From Escherichia coli (GTDB lineage Bacteria > Pseudomonadota > Gammaproteobacteria > Enterobacterales > Enterobacteriaceae): DNA of 64,000 nucleotides. Positions 12,517 to 22,032 of the stretch are shown here, piece by piece (within the stretch, counting starts at the first letter, position 1; each line of letters begins with the position of its first letter). Location of the stretch: assembly GCF_002854065.1 (NCBI RefSeq), contig NZ_CP024147.1, one strand, 5' to 3'. A program made the translations under genes and the position numbers. The notes beneath the pieces are model-generated. The model saw only the letters and a program-made list of their open reading frames with translations, did not search any database and was not told where the DNA came from.

Positions 12517-12852
12517 GTTTTTCAACCTGAAGTGTCAGCGAGAGTAAAAAATTATGGTGACCATTTTACCGTTGACTCAATAAGGCAGATGTGGGACGCA
12601 GCGATAAAACGTGCCGGACTCCGCCATTGAAAATCATATCAGTCGAGACATACTTATGCCTGCTGGTCGCTGACAGCTGGTGCTAACCCGGCATTTATAG
12701 CAAACCAGATGGGCCATGCAGATGCGCAAATGGTATTTCAGGTATACGGAAAATGGATGTCTGAAAACAATAATGCACAGGTAGCTTTGTTAAATACACA
12801 GTTAAGCGAGTTTGCCCCAACCATGCCCCATAACGAAGCAATGAAAAATTAA
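12517..12852 (+). pseudogene. phage tyrosine integrase, 3' remnant
   Basis: Open frame 12631-12852 encodes ...RHTYACWSLTAGANPAFIANQMGHADAQMVFQVYGKWM...; in-frame TGA at 12628; begins at the IS right end. Confidence 0.55.
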
Positions 12853-13039
12853 TTTAATATTTATCAAATAGTTGACACGTATGACTCTTGAAATCCATAA
12901 ATTCAAGCGCAGTGCCCAGCCATCCCGATACTGCTGCTTTCACCAAATCCTTAGTGCTTCTTTCGTGTTTTTCTATTGTCATAATGGTTATCTCTAAAAA
13001 AGAGGTAAGATGCGTACTACTTACTCGCCGTTATTGGTA

Positions 13040-14059
13040 TTATTCAGAAAAAGTGAGTAAGACTTTGCAGCAATGTTTTTGATCCTGTTCAAATAAACTA
13101 ATGGCATCAGCAACATGCTGGAAATCAAACGTATGGGTAATTAATTTTTCTGGTTTAATTAACCCTTTACTTAACCAGTCGATAACGACCGGAAATTTAT
13201 TTGCATTTAAGCGTGAAGAGAAAATAGATAGTTCTTTTCCGGTAATTCCTTGCTGAATCACTTCAGAAGGTTCACTGGAGAAGCCCATCAATACAATACG
13301 TGCCGCTGGAGAAGCCAGCGTTACGGCCTCTTTCAGGATAGAAGGATGACAAGCCGCATCAATAATTAATGTCGGCTTTATGCCTTTTTCAGCGAAAATC
13401 TCGCCAAGCGGTGTCTGGCTGTTATTAATCACCCAGTCAGCCCCGCTCTCTTTCGCTTTTTCCAGTCGTTCATCAATGCGATCGGCAACAATCACATTTT
13501 TAACGTTATAGACGCCTTTTAATACCTGAACGATCGTCAGGCCGATTGGACCGGCACCGTAAACCAGAACGGTATCATTTTCAGTCGGTTGACCATGACC
13601 GGTTACGTTAGCCGCAATGGTAAAAGGTTCGATCATCACCGCATATTGATCGGCCACTGCTTCAGGAATTTTCCACGCATTTTTTGCCGGAACCACAGCA
13701 TATTCACTGAAACCACCGTCAGCGTGCACACCTAATACAGCGAGTGTCGTACAAACGTTCGGCTTACCTATAGAGCACGGATAGCAATGACCACAGCTGA
13801 CCACCGGATCGACAGCAACACGTTCACCGACTCTGGCGCTTTCCACACCTTCACCCACCACATCAATGACGCCAAAGAATTCATGTCCAATGACGCGCGG
13901 ATATTTCGCAAAAGGATTATGCCCACGATAAATATGGCTATCTGAACCACAAATTCCGGCAAGTTTCACTTTTACTCGTACTTCACCCGCTGACGGGGTG
14001 GGTATTTCACGTTCGACAATCGCCAGTTGATTCGGTTTTTCAATTAATATGCTTTTCAT
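13040..14059 (-). CDS. rspB: starvation-sensing protein RspB (Zn-dependent dehydrogenase)
   Basis: 339-aa ORF from MKSILIEK with AAGGAG Shine-Dalgarno; ORF-track start is extended. Confidence 0.9.
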   Translation of the reverse strand: MKSILIEKPNQLAIVEREIPTPSAGEVRVKVKLAGICGSDSHIYRGHNPFAKYPRVIGHEFFGVIDVVGEGVESARVGERVAVDPVVSCGHCYPCSIGKPNVCTTLAVLGVHADGGFSEYAVVPAKNAWKIPEAVADQYAVMIEPFTIAANVTGHGQPTENDTVLVYGAGPIGLTIVQVLKGVYNVKNVIVADRIDERLEKAKESGADWVINNSQTPLGEIFAEKGIKPTLIIDAACHPSILKEAVTLASPAARIVLMGFSSEPSEVIQQGITGKELSIFSSRLNANKFPVVIDWLSKGLIKPEKLITHTFDFQHVADAISLFEQDQKHCCKVLLTFSE

Positions 14060-14070
14060 TATCTTACTCC

Positions 14071-15285
14071 TTACCAGTTCCACAGCGTGCCATCTTCCAG
14101 ACGTGCGACTGGTAGATAAGCAGGTTCATAGGGATATTTCGCCGCCAGCTTTTCATCGAATTCGATGCCAAGACCCGGTTTGTCTCCCGGATGCATATAG
14201 CCGTTATCGAAAGTCCAGTTGTGCGGGAAGACTTCGAGCATTTGTTCGGAATAACCCATGTATTCCTGGACACCGAAATTGGGGACCCACAGATCAAAGT
14301 GCAGCGCTGCAGCCATGCAGACTGGTGACAAATCGGAAGGACCGTGTGAGCCAGTACGTACCTGATACAGCGAAGCAAAATCGGCAATCCGGCGCATACC
14401 GGTAATTCCGCCTGCATGGGTCAGCGTGGTGCGGATATAATCGATGAGTTGCTCTTCAATCAGTTGTTTGCAGTCCCAGATGCTGTTGAAGACTTCACCC
14501 ACTGCGATGGGTGTGACGGTATGTTGGCGAATGAGACGGAAGCATTCCTGGTTTTCCGCAGGCGTCGGGTCTTCCATCCAGAACATGCGATAATCTTCAA
14601 TGCTTTTACCAAAGCGCGCCGCTTCAATAGGCGTTAAGCGATGGTGCATGTCATGCAGCAAATGTTCATTAAAACCAAACTTGTTACGTACCGCGTCAAA
14701 CAATTTCGGCATGAAATCGAGGTATTTCTCCGTCGACCACAGCTGCTCTTCCGGCCACTGTCCTTTGGTTGCGGGTTCATAAGCCAGACCTTTACCTTTC
14801 GACATGCCGTAGGTGGTTTTCATACCAGGGATTCCGCACTGCACGCGGATGGCTTTGAATCCCAGCTCCTGATGACGGGCATAATCATCCAGAGCTTCAT
14901 CAATACTGTGACCGGTGGTATGGCAATAAACCATCACCCCTTCACGAGACGCGCCGCCGAGTAACTGGTAAAGCGGCATGTTGGCAGCTTTGGCTTTAAT
15001 ATCCCACAGCGCCATATCAACCGCTGAAATAGCCGACATCGTAACCGGACCGCGACGCCAGTAAGCACCTTTATAGAAAAACTGCCAGATATCTTCGATA
15101 CGGTGCGCATCGCGACCAATAAGCTGCGGACAAAGGTGATCCTGCAAATAAGAGGCCACGGAAAGCTCACGTCCATTGAGGGTGGCATCCCCAAGGCCCG
15201 TAATACCGTCCTCAGTGGTGATTTTTAATGTGACGAAATTACGCCCCGGACAGGTAACAAAAACTTCAGCCTTTACGATCTTCAT
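14071..15285 (-). CDS. rspA: starvation-sensing protein RspA (enolase-superfamily dehydratase)
   Basis: 404-aa ORF from MKIVKAEV. Confidence 0.9.
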
Positions 15286-15491
15286 GTTCGATTCCTTGCA
15301 TCGCTTGTCGTGATGCATGAAATCTACGCAACTGAGCTACTACCATACAAGTATGAGGATCAAAAAAAGCCGGAGTGATCACAAAAAAAAGGCGTATATT
15401 TTCGCCATGAATGGTTGACAAAAGATGAAATAGAGTACCTTTTATCAGCTGACGCTTCCTCGTATCTTATTGATAAAATAGATTTATGTCC

Positions 15492-15818
15492 TTACGTGCG
15501 CCCCCAGCCGGCAACAATGATCAACATGCCGCAAAGCGCAATCAACGCCCCCGTCCAGTCATAAAGACTCAGTTTCACGCCATCCACAACGCGCAGCCAC
15601 ATCAACGCCGTGCAGACATAAACGCCACCATAAGCCGCGTAAACACGCCCACTCGCCGCAGGATGCAACGTTAACAACCAGACAAACAGCGCCAGTGAAA
15701 TCCCCGCCGGAAGCAACAGCCAGATACTGGCGTTTCGTTTTAACCACAACCAGGGCAGAAAGCATCCAATAATTTCACACAGCGCAGTAGCAAAAAATAG
15801 TAACGTTGTTTTAATCAT
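15492..15818 (-). CDS. ynfA: UPF0060 inner membrane protein YnfA
   Basis: 108-aa hydrophobic ORF. Confidence 0.85.
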   Translation of the reverse strand: MIKTTLLFFATALCEIIGCFLPWLWLKRNASIWLLLPAGISLALFVWLLTLHPAASGRVYAAYGGVYVCTALMWLRVVDGVKLSLYDWTGALIALCGMLIIVAGWGRT

Positions 15819-15952
15819 CTTTGTCTCTTATTGACATCATGTATAGTTATAGGGCGACATAATATCATCAATATAAACACCCTCCTGGTACGTTTTGCGT
15901 CCGCAGTGGATGGTGTAGAATCACCTTTAATCATTCATACAGGGAATGAATT

Positions 15953-16294
15953 ATGAAAATCACTCTCAGCAAACGAATCGGCCTGCTCGCTTTTCTGCTG
16001 CCTTGCGCACTGGCATTGAGCACAACTGTTCATGCCGAAACTAACAAACTGGTGATTGAGTCTGGCGACAGTGCACAAAGCCGCCAGCACGCCGCTATGG
16101 AAAAAGAGCAATGGAATGACACGCGCAATCTGCGCCAGAAAGTGAATAAACGCACTGAAAAAGAGTGGGATAAAGCCGACGCCGCTTTTGATAACCGCGA
16201 TAAATGTGAGCAAAGCGCCAACATCAATGCCTACTGGGAGCCAAATACTTTGCGCTGCCTGGACCGTCGAACTGGCCGCGTTATTACCCCCTAA
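15953..16294 (+). CDS. ynfB: UPF0482 protein YnfB (secreted)
   Basis: 113-aa ORF with signal peptide. Confidence 0.85.
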
Positions 16295-16328
16295 CCTGTT
16301 ATTGATTTAAGGAATGTAAGGACACGTT

Positions 16329-16889
16329 ATGCCAAGCGCCCACAGTGTTAAGCTACGCCCGCTGGAGCGTGAAGATTTACGCTATGTACATCAACTCGAC
16401 AATAACGCCAGTGTGATGCGTTACTGGTTTGAGGAACCCTACGAAGCCTTTGTTGAACTCTCTGATCTGTATGATAAGCATATTCACGATCAGAGCGAAC
16501 GACGCTTTGTGGTGGAATGTGACGGCGAAAAAGCCGGTCTGGTGGAGTTGGTGGAAATTAACCATGTACATCGCCGCGCAGAATTTCAGATAATTATCTC
16601 CCCGGAGTATCAGGGGAAAGGTCTGGCAACCCGTGCCGCCAAATTAGCAATGGACTATGGCTTCACCGTTCTCAATCTCTATAAGCTGTATCTGATCGTC
16701 GATAAAGAGAATGAAAAAGCGATTCACATTTACCGCAAGCTTGGCTTTACGGTTGAAGGTGAATTGATGCATGAGTTCTTTATTAATGGTCAATATCGTA
16801 ATGCTATTCGCATGTGTATATTCCAGCATCAGTATCTGGCAGAGCACAAAACACCGGGTCAGACTCTCCTGAAGCCGACCGCACAATAG
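16329..16889 (+). CDS. speG: spermidine N1-acetyltransferase
   Basis: 186-aa GNAT ORF. Confidence 0.9.
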   Translation: MPSAHSVKLRPLEREDLRYVHQLDNNASVMRYWFEEPYEAFVELSDLYDKHIHDQSERRFVVECDGEKAGLVELVEINHVHRRAEFQIIISPEYQGKGLATRAAKLAMDYGFTVLNLYKLYLIVDKENEKAIHIYRKLGFTVEGELMHEFFINGQYRNAIRMCIFQHQYLAEHKTPGQTLLKPTAQ

Positions 16890-16891
16890 CA

Positions 16892-17163
16892 TTAATAATA
16901 ATCGATCGTATTTTTGATGGTGTAAACCCGTTCGACGGCGGGTTTTACTCCTTCATCAACAATGATCAGCTGACAGTCCACTGGATTGGCGTGACTGTCA
17001 TATTCACAGCTCTGTTTTACATTACCAACCCGTTGATTGTTCAGTAAAGTAACCGCTGTGTAATCTAATTTTTTGATCGGATCCGTTGATGGCGTGGCGC
17101 TGACAGATAATGTTTTGTCGTTACTTTTCGTGGTTTTACCCAGCGGATACCCCTGATCATCAT
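16892..17163 (-). pseudogene. ynfC: ynfC lipoprotein gene, 3' portion (interrupted by IS2)
   Basis: Reading frame continues from 18495 across the IS: ...EYRYD|QGYPLGKTT... Confidence 0.8.
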
Positions 17164-17174
17164 TGGATTTGCCC

Positions 17175-18080
17175 CTATATTTCCAGACATCTGTTATCAC
17201 TTAACCCATTACAAGCCCGCTGCCGCAGATATTCCCGTGGCGAGCGATAACCCAGCGCACTATGCGGATGCCATTCGTTATAATGCTCGAACGCCTCTGC
17301 AAGGTTCTTTGCTGCCGTTAACCCGTCTGGTTTGGGCATGATACTGATGTAGTCACGCTTTATCGTTTTCACGAAGCTCTCTGCTATTCCGTTACTCTCC
17401 GGACTCCGCACCGCCGTGTTCTTCGGTTCAAGTCCCAACATCCGGGCGAACTGGCGTGTTTCATTAGCCCGGTAGCATGAACCATTATCCGTCAGCCACT
17501 CCACTGGAGACGACGGAAGATCGTTGCCGAAGCGGCGTTCCACCGCTCCCAGCATGACGTCCTGTACTGTTTCACTGTTGAAGCCGCCGGTAGTGACCGC
17601 CCAGTGCAGTGCCTCACGATCACAGCAGTCCAGCGCGAACGTGACACGCAGTCTCTCTCCGTTATCACAGCAGAACTCGAACCCGTCAGAGCACCATCGC
17701 TGATTGCTTTCTTTCACGGCCACTCTGCCTGTATGTGCCCGTTTCGATGGCGGTACAGCAGGTTTTCGCTCAAGCAACAGCGCATTCTGGCGCATGATCC
17801 GGTAAACACGTTTGGCATTGATCGCAGGCATACCATCAAGTTCTGCCTGTCTGCGAAGCAGCGCCCATACCCGACGATAACCATACGTGGGCAGCTCTCC
17901 GATAACATGGTGTATACGGAGAAGCACATCCGTATCATCAGTGTGACGACTGCGGCGGCCATCCATCCAGTCATCGGTTCGTCTGAGAATGACGTGCAAC
18001 TGCGCACGCGACACCCGGAGACAACGGCTGACTAAGCTTACTCCCCATCCCCGGGCAATAAGGGCGCGTGCGCTATCCAC
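17175..18080 (-). CDS. insD: IS2 transposase InsD (OrfB)
   Basis: 301-aa ORF. Confidence 0.9.
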
Positions 18081-18403
18081 TTTTTTGCCCGTCCATATTC
18101 AACGGCTTCTTTGAGGAGTTCATTTTCCATCGTTTTCTTGCCGAGCAGGCGCTGGAGTTCTTTAATCTGCTTCATGGCGGCAGCAAGTTCAGAGGCAGGA
18201 ACAACCTGTTCTCCGGCGGCGACAGCAGTAAGACTTCCTTCCTGGTATTGCTTACGCCAGAGAAATAACTGGCTGGCTGCTACACCATGTTGCCGGGCAA
18301 CGAGGGAGACCGTCATCCCCGGTTCAAAGCTCTGCTGAACAATTGCGATCTTTTCCTGTGTGGTACGCCGTCTGCGTTTCTCCGGCCCTAAGACATCAAT
18401 CAT
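18038..18403 (-). CDS. insC: IS2 transposase InsC (OrfA)
   Basis: 121 aa from [18 protein letters not shown]... Confidence 0.9.
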
Positions 18404-18494
18404 CTGTTCTCCAATGACTAGTCTAAAAACTAGTATTAAGACTATCACTTATTTAAGTGATATTGGTTGTCTGGAGATTCAGGGGGCCAGTCTA

Positions 18495-18974
18495 ATCATA
18501 GCGATATTCCATCTGCATCTGTTTGCTGCTGGCTTTAATCACGAAGCCATTATCATCGGTTTCCCAACTCACCCCGGCAGAAGGTAATTCTGCTAGCTGG
18601 CATTTTCCCTGTAAACGTACTCTCTTCTCCAGCGTCTCGGCATCACGGTAATAATTGGCGTCCAGTACCAGAGCGACCACGGTATTATTTTCCAGATCCA
18701 GTAATTCGAGTGAATCAAAACAGCCTTCTTCCGACAAAGTCCCCGAAACACGTTTCGTCACTTCACCTTGCTCATCCATTAATGTCTGAGTGAAATCTTT
18801 TACCGGACCACGCAGCGGATCAAAATCGAATTCATTAGAGAAACTGGCCATCTCAGGAGTAAATGAAAGTGTTACCTCTGTGCGGTCACATCCTGTGAGT
18901 AATATCGCGAGTAAGCATGGCAGTAATTTGTATTTCACATCAGTCACCAGAGAGTAGAGATGATTCTCAATCAT
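18495..18974 (-). pseudogene. ynfC: ynfC lipoprotein gene, 5' portion (interrupted by IS2)
   Basis: 160 codons with lipobox LLTGC; truncated by the IS2 end at 18494. Confidence 0.8.
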
Positions 18975-19045
18975 AGTAGCAAATACAGTACTTTACACGT
19001 TAAATGCTATGCTTAAAGAAGTTATCTTCGCGTAAGGAGCTTATG

Positions 19046-19351
19046 ATGAAACTCTCAACCTGCTGTGCCGCGCTTCTGCTCGCCCTCGCCTCACCCGCGG
19101 TACTCGCCGCGCCGGGATCCTGTGAGTGCATACAGAGCGATATATCACAGCGCATTATCAATAATGGCGTACCCGAAAGCAGCTTCACGTTAAGTATTGC
19201 ACCCAATGACCAGGTTGATCAGCCTGATTCCCAGGTCGTCGGGCATTGTGCTAATGATACGCATAAAATTCTCTACACCCGCACCACCAGCGGTAACGTC
19301 TCTGCTCCCGCGCAGTCTACCCAGGATGGCGCGCCTGCCGAACTGCAGTAA
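19046..19351 (+). CDS. ynfD: secreted protein YnfD (DUF1161)
   Basis: 101 aa from MKLSTCCAALLLALA; AAGGAG Shine-Dalgarno. Confidence 0.8.
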   Translation: MKLSTCCAALLLALASPAVLAAPGSCECIQSDISQRIINNGVPESSFTLSIAPNDQVDQPDSQVVGHCANDTHKILYTRTTSGNVSAPAQSTQDGAPAELQ

Positions 19352-19367
19352 TACATTATCGACTGAA

Positions 19368-19390
19368 CGCCGGATACGACGCATCCGGCG
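19368..19390. repeat. REP-like palindrome / terminator hairpin
   Basis: CGCCGGAT-ACGACGC-ATCCGGCG. Confidence 0.35.
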
Positions 19391-19548
19391 ATTTGAACAT
19401 ATAACATAACCCACCTTATTACTCATACCCTTCTATTGATATGGATTAATAATTCTTAACCCAAAATGGGTAGACCCCCTCTATTGTTAGCGCGCTAAAT
19501 ATTCAATATATAAACTTTTATATAACGATAAAGAACAGGGAGTGAGTT

Positions 19549-21975
19549 ATGTCCAAAAATGAACAAATGGTGGGCATCAGCCGCAGAACACTCGTTAAAT
19601 CTACCGCGATAGGTTCTCTGGCGCTGGCTGCAGGCGGTTTTTCTTTACCGTTTACCCTGCACAGTGCAGCAGCAGCGGTACAACAGGCCCGCGAAAAAGT
19701 GGTCTGGGGTGCCTGTTCTGTCAACTGTGGTAGCCGCTGTGCACTTCGTCTACATGTTAAAGATAATGAAGTGACCTGGGTGGAAACTGACAATACCGGC
19801 AGCGATGAGTACGGCAACCATCAGGTACGCGCCTGTTTGCGCGGTCGCTCCATCCGCCGGCGTATTAATCATCCCGATCGCTTGAATTACCCAATGAAAC
19901 GCGTGGGCAAACGCGGCGAAGGCAAATTCGAACGGATTAGCTGGGATGAAGCCCTGGATACTATCGCCAGTAGCCTGAAGAAAACCGTCGAACAATATGG
20001 CAATGAGGCTGTATATATTCAGTACTCTTCGGGGATCGTTGGCGGCAATATGACCCGCTCTTCGCCATCAGCCTCGGCGGTCAAACGCCTGATGAACTGC
20101 TACGGCGGTTCACTCAACCAGTATGGCTCCTACAGCACTGCGCAAATTTCCTGTGCCATGCCCTACACCTACGGCAGTAATGATGGCAACAGCACCACGG
20201 ATATTGAAAACAGCAAGCTGGTCGTGATGTTTGGTAACAACCCGGCAGAAACCCGCATGAGCGGCGGTGGCATCACTTATCTTCTTGAAAAAGCCCGCGA
20301 AAAATCGAACGCAAAAATGATTGTTATCGATCCGCGATATACCGATACGGCTGCCGGTCGTGAAGACGAATGGCTTCCTATTCGCCCGGGCACCGATGCC
20401 GCGCTGGTTGCGGGTATTGCCTGGGTATTGATTAACGAAAATCTCGTTGATCAACCTTTTCTCGATAAATACTGCGTCGGCTATGACGAAAAAACCTTAC
20501 CCGCAGATGCACCCAAAAATGGTCACTATAAAGCCTATATTCTTGGTGAAGGTGACGATAAAACAGCGAAAACGCCGCAGTGGGCTTCGCAAATTACCGG
20601 TATCCCGGTGGACCGTATCATCAAACTGGCGCGTGAAATTGGCACAGCAAAACCCGCTTATATCTGCCAGGGCTGGGGGCCGCAACGCCAGGCAAACGGC
20701 GAGCTGACCGCACGCGCTATTGCTATGTTGCCTATTCTGACGGGCAATGTCGGCATCAGCGGCGGAAATAGTGGCGCGCGTGAATCGACCTATACCATTA
20801 CCATAGAGCGCCTGCCGGTGCTGGATAATCCGGTCAAAACGTCAATTTCCTGCTTCAGCTGGACAGATGCTATCGATCATGGCCCACAAATGACGGCAAT
20901 CCGCGACGGTGTCCGGGGCAAAGATAAACTGGATGTGCCCATTAAGTTCATCTGGAACTACGCGGGAAATACCCTGGTTAATCAGCATTCTGACATCAAC
21001 AAAACGCATGAAATTCTGCAGGACGAATCGAAATGCGAAATGATTGTGGTCATCGAAAACTTTATGACCTCATCGGCAAAATATGCCGACATTCTGCTGC
21101 CAGACCTGATGACCGTTGAGCAGGAAGATATTATTCCTAACGACTACGCCGGTAACATGGGATATCTCATTTTCCTCCAGCCAGTCACCAGCGAAAAATT
21201 CGAACGTAAACCGATTTACTGGATCCTGAGTGAGGTCGCGAAACGTCTTGGACCTGACGTCTATCAAAAGTTCACTGAAGGTCGCACGCAGGAACAATGG
21301 TTACAACATCTGTACGCCAAAATGCTTGCCAAAGATCCGGCGTTACCGTCTTACGACGAACTGAAAAAAATGGGTATCTATAAGCGTAAAGATCCCAATG
21401 GTCATTTTGTCGCCTACAAAGCATTTCGTGACGACCCCGAGGCAAATCCACTTAAAACACCTTCCGGTAAGATTGAAATTTATTCCAGCAAGCTGGCGGA
21501 AATTGCCCGTACCTGGGAACTGGAAAAAGATGAAGTGATAAGCCCACTGCCAGTTTATGCCTCAACCTTTGAAGGCTGGGACTCCCCTGAACGTAGTACC
21601 TTTCCACTGCAACTGTTTGGTTTCCATTACAAATCCCGTACTCACTCGACCTACGGCAATATTGATCTCCTGAAGGCTGCCTGCCGTCAGGAGGTGTGGA
21701 TCAACCCTATAGATGCGCAGAAACGTGGGATTGCCAACGGCGATATGGTGCGGGTGTTTAACCATCGTGGCGAAGTTCGGCTACCAGCCAAAGTGACACC
21801 ACGTATTCTCCCTGGAGTTAGCGCTATGGGCCAGGGAGCCTGGCACGAGGCCAATATGTCTGGCGATAAAATCGACCATGGAGGCTGTGTGAATACGCTA
21901 ACCACTCTGCGCCCTTCACCACTGGCGAAGGGAAACCCGCAGCATACGAATCTGGTCGAGATCGAAAAAATATAA
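19549..21975 (+). CDS. ynfE: Tat-exported molybdoenzyme, DMSO reductase family (YnfE)
   Basis: 808-aa ORF; twin-arginine signal SRRTLVK. Confidence 0.9.
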   Translation: MSKNEQMVGISRRTLVKSTAIGSLALAAGGFSLPFTLHSAAAAVQQAREKVVWGACSVNCGSRCALRLHVKDNEVTWVETDNTGSDEYGNHQVRACLRGRSIRRRINHPDRLNYPMKRVGKRGEGKFERISWDEALDTIASSLKKTVEQYGNEAVYIQYSSGIVGGNMTRSSPSASAVKRLMNCYGGSLNQYGSYSTAQISCAMPYTYGSNDGNSTTDIENSKLVVMFGNNPAETRMSGGGITYLLEKAREKSNAKMIVIDPRYTDTAAGREDEWLPIRPGTDAALVAGIAWVLINENLVDQPFLDKYCVGYDEKTLPADAPKNGHYKAYILGEGDDKTAKTPQWASQITGIPVDRIIKLAREIGTAKPAYICQGWGPQRQANGELTARAIAMLPILTGNVGISGGNSGARESTYTITIERLPVLDNPVKTSISCFSWTDAIDHGPQMTAIRDGVRGKDKLDVPIKFIWNYAGNTLVNQHSDINKTHEILQDESKCEMIVVIENFMTSSAKYADILLPDLMTVEQEDIIPNDYAGNMGYLIFLQPVTSEKFERKPIYWILSEVAKRLGPDVYQKFTEGRTQEQWLQHLYAKMLAKDPALPSYDELKKMGIYKRKDPNGHFVAYKAFRDDPEANPLKTPSGKIEIYSSKLAEIARTWELEKDEVISPLPVYASTFEGWDSPERSTFPLQLFGFHYKSRTHSTYGNIDLLKAACRQEVWINPIDAQKRGIANGDMVRVFNHRGEVRLPAKVTPRILPGVSAMGQGAWHEANMSGDKIDHGGCVNTLTTLRPSPLAKGNPQHTNLVEIEKI

Positions 21976-22032
21976 CCCACTACAACCATAAATTCTGGCA
22001 TGACATTTTGTTTGAAAAGCAATAAGTGAGTA

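Larger units (their letters stand above)
17164..18494 (-). mobile_element. IS2 (1331 bp)
   Basis: Ends TGGATTTGCCCC... and ...GGCCAGTCTA; flanked by 5-bp direct repeat ATCAT (17159-17163 and 18495-18499). Confidence 0.95.
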
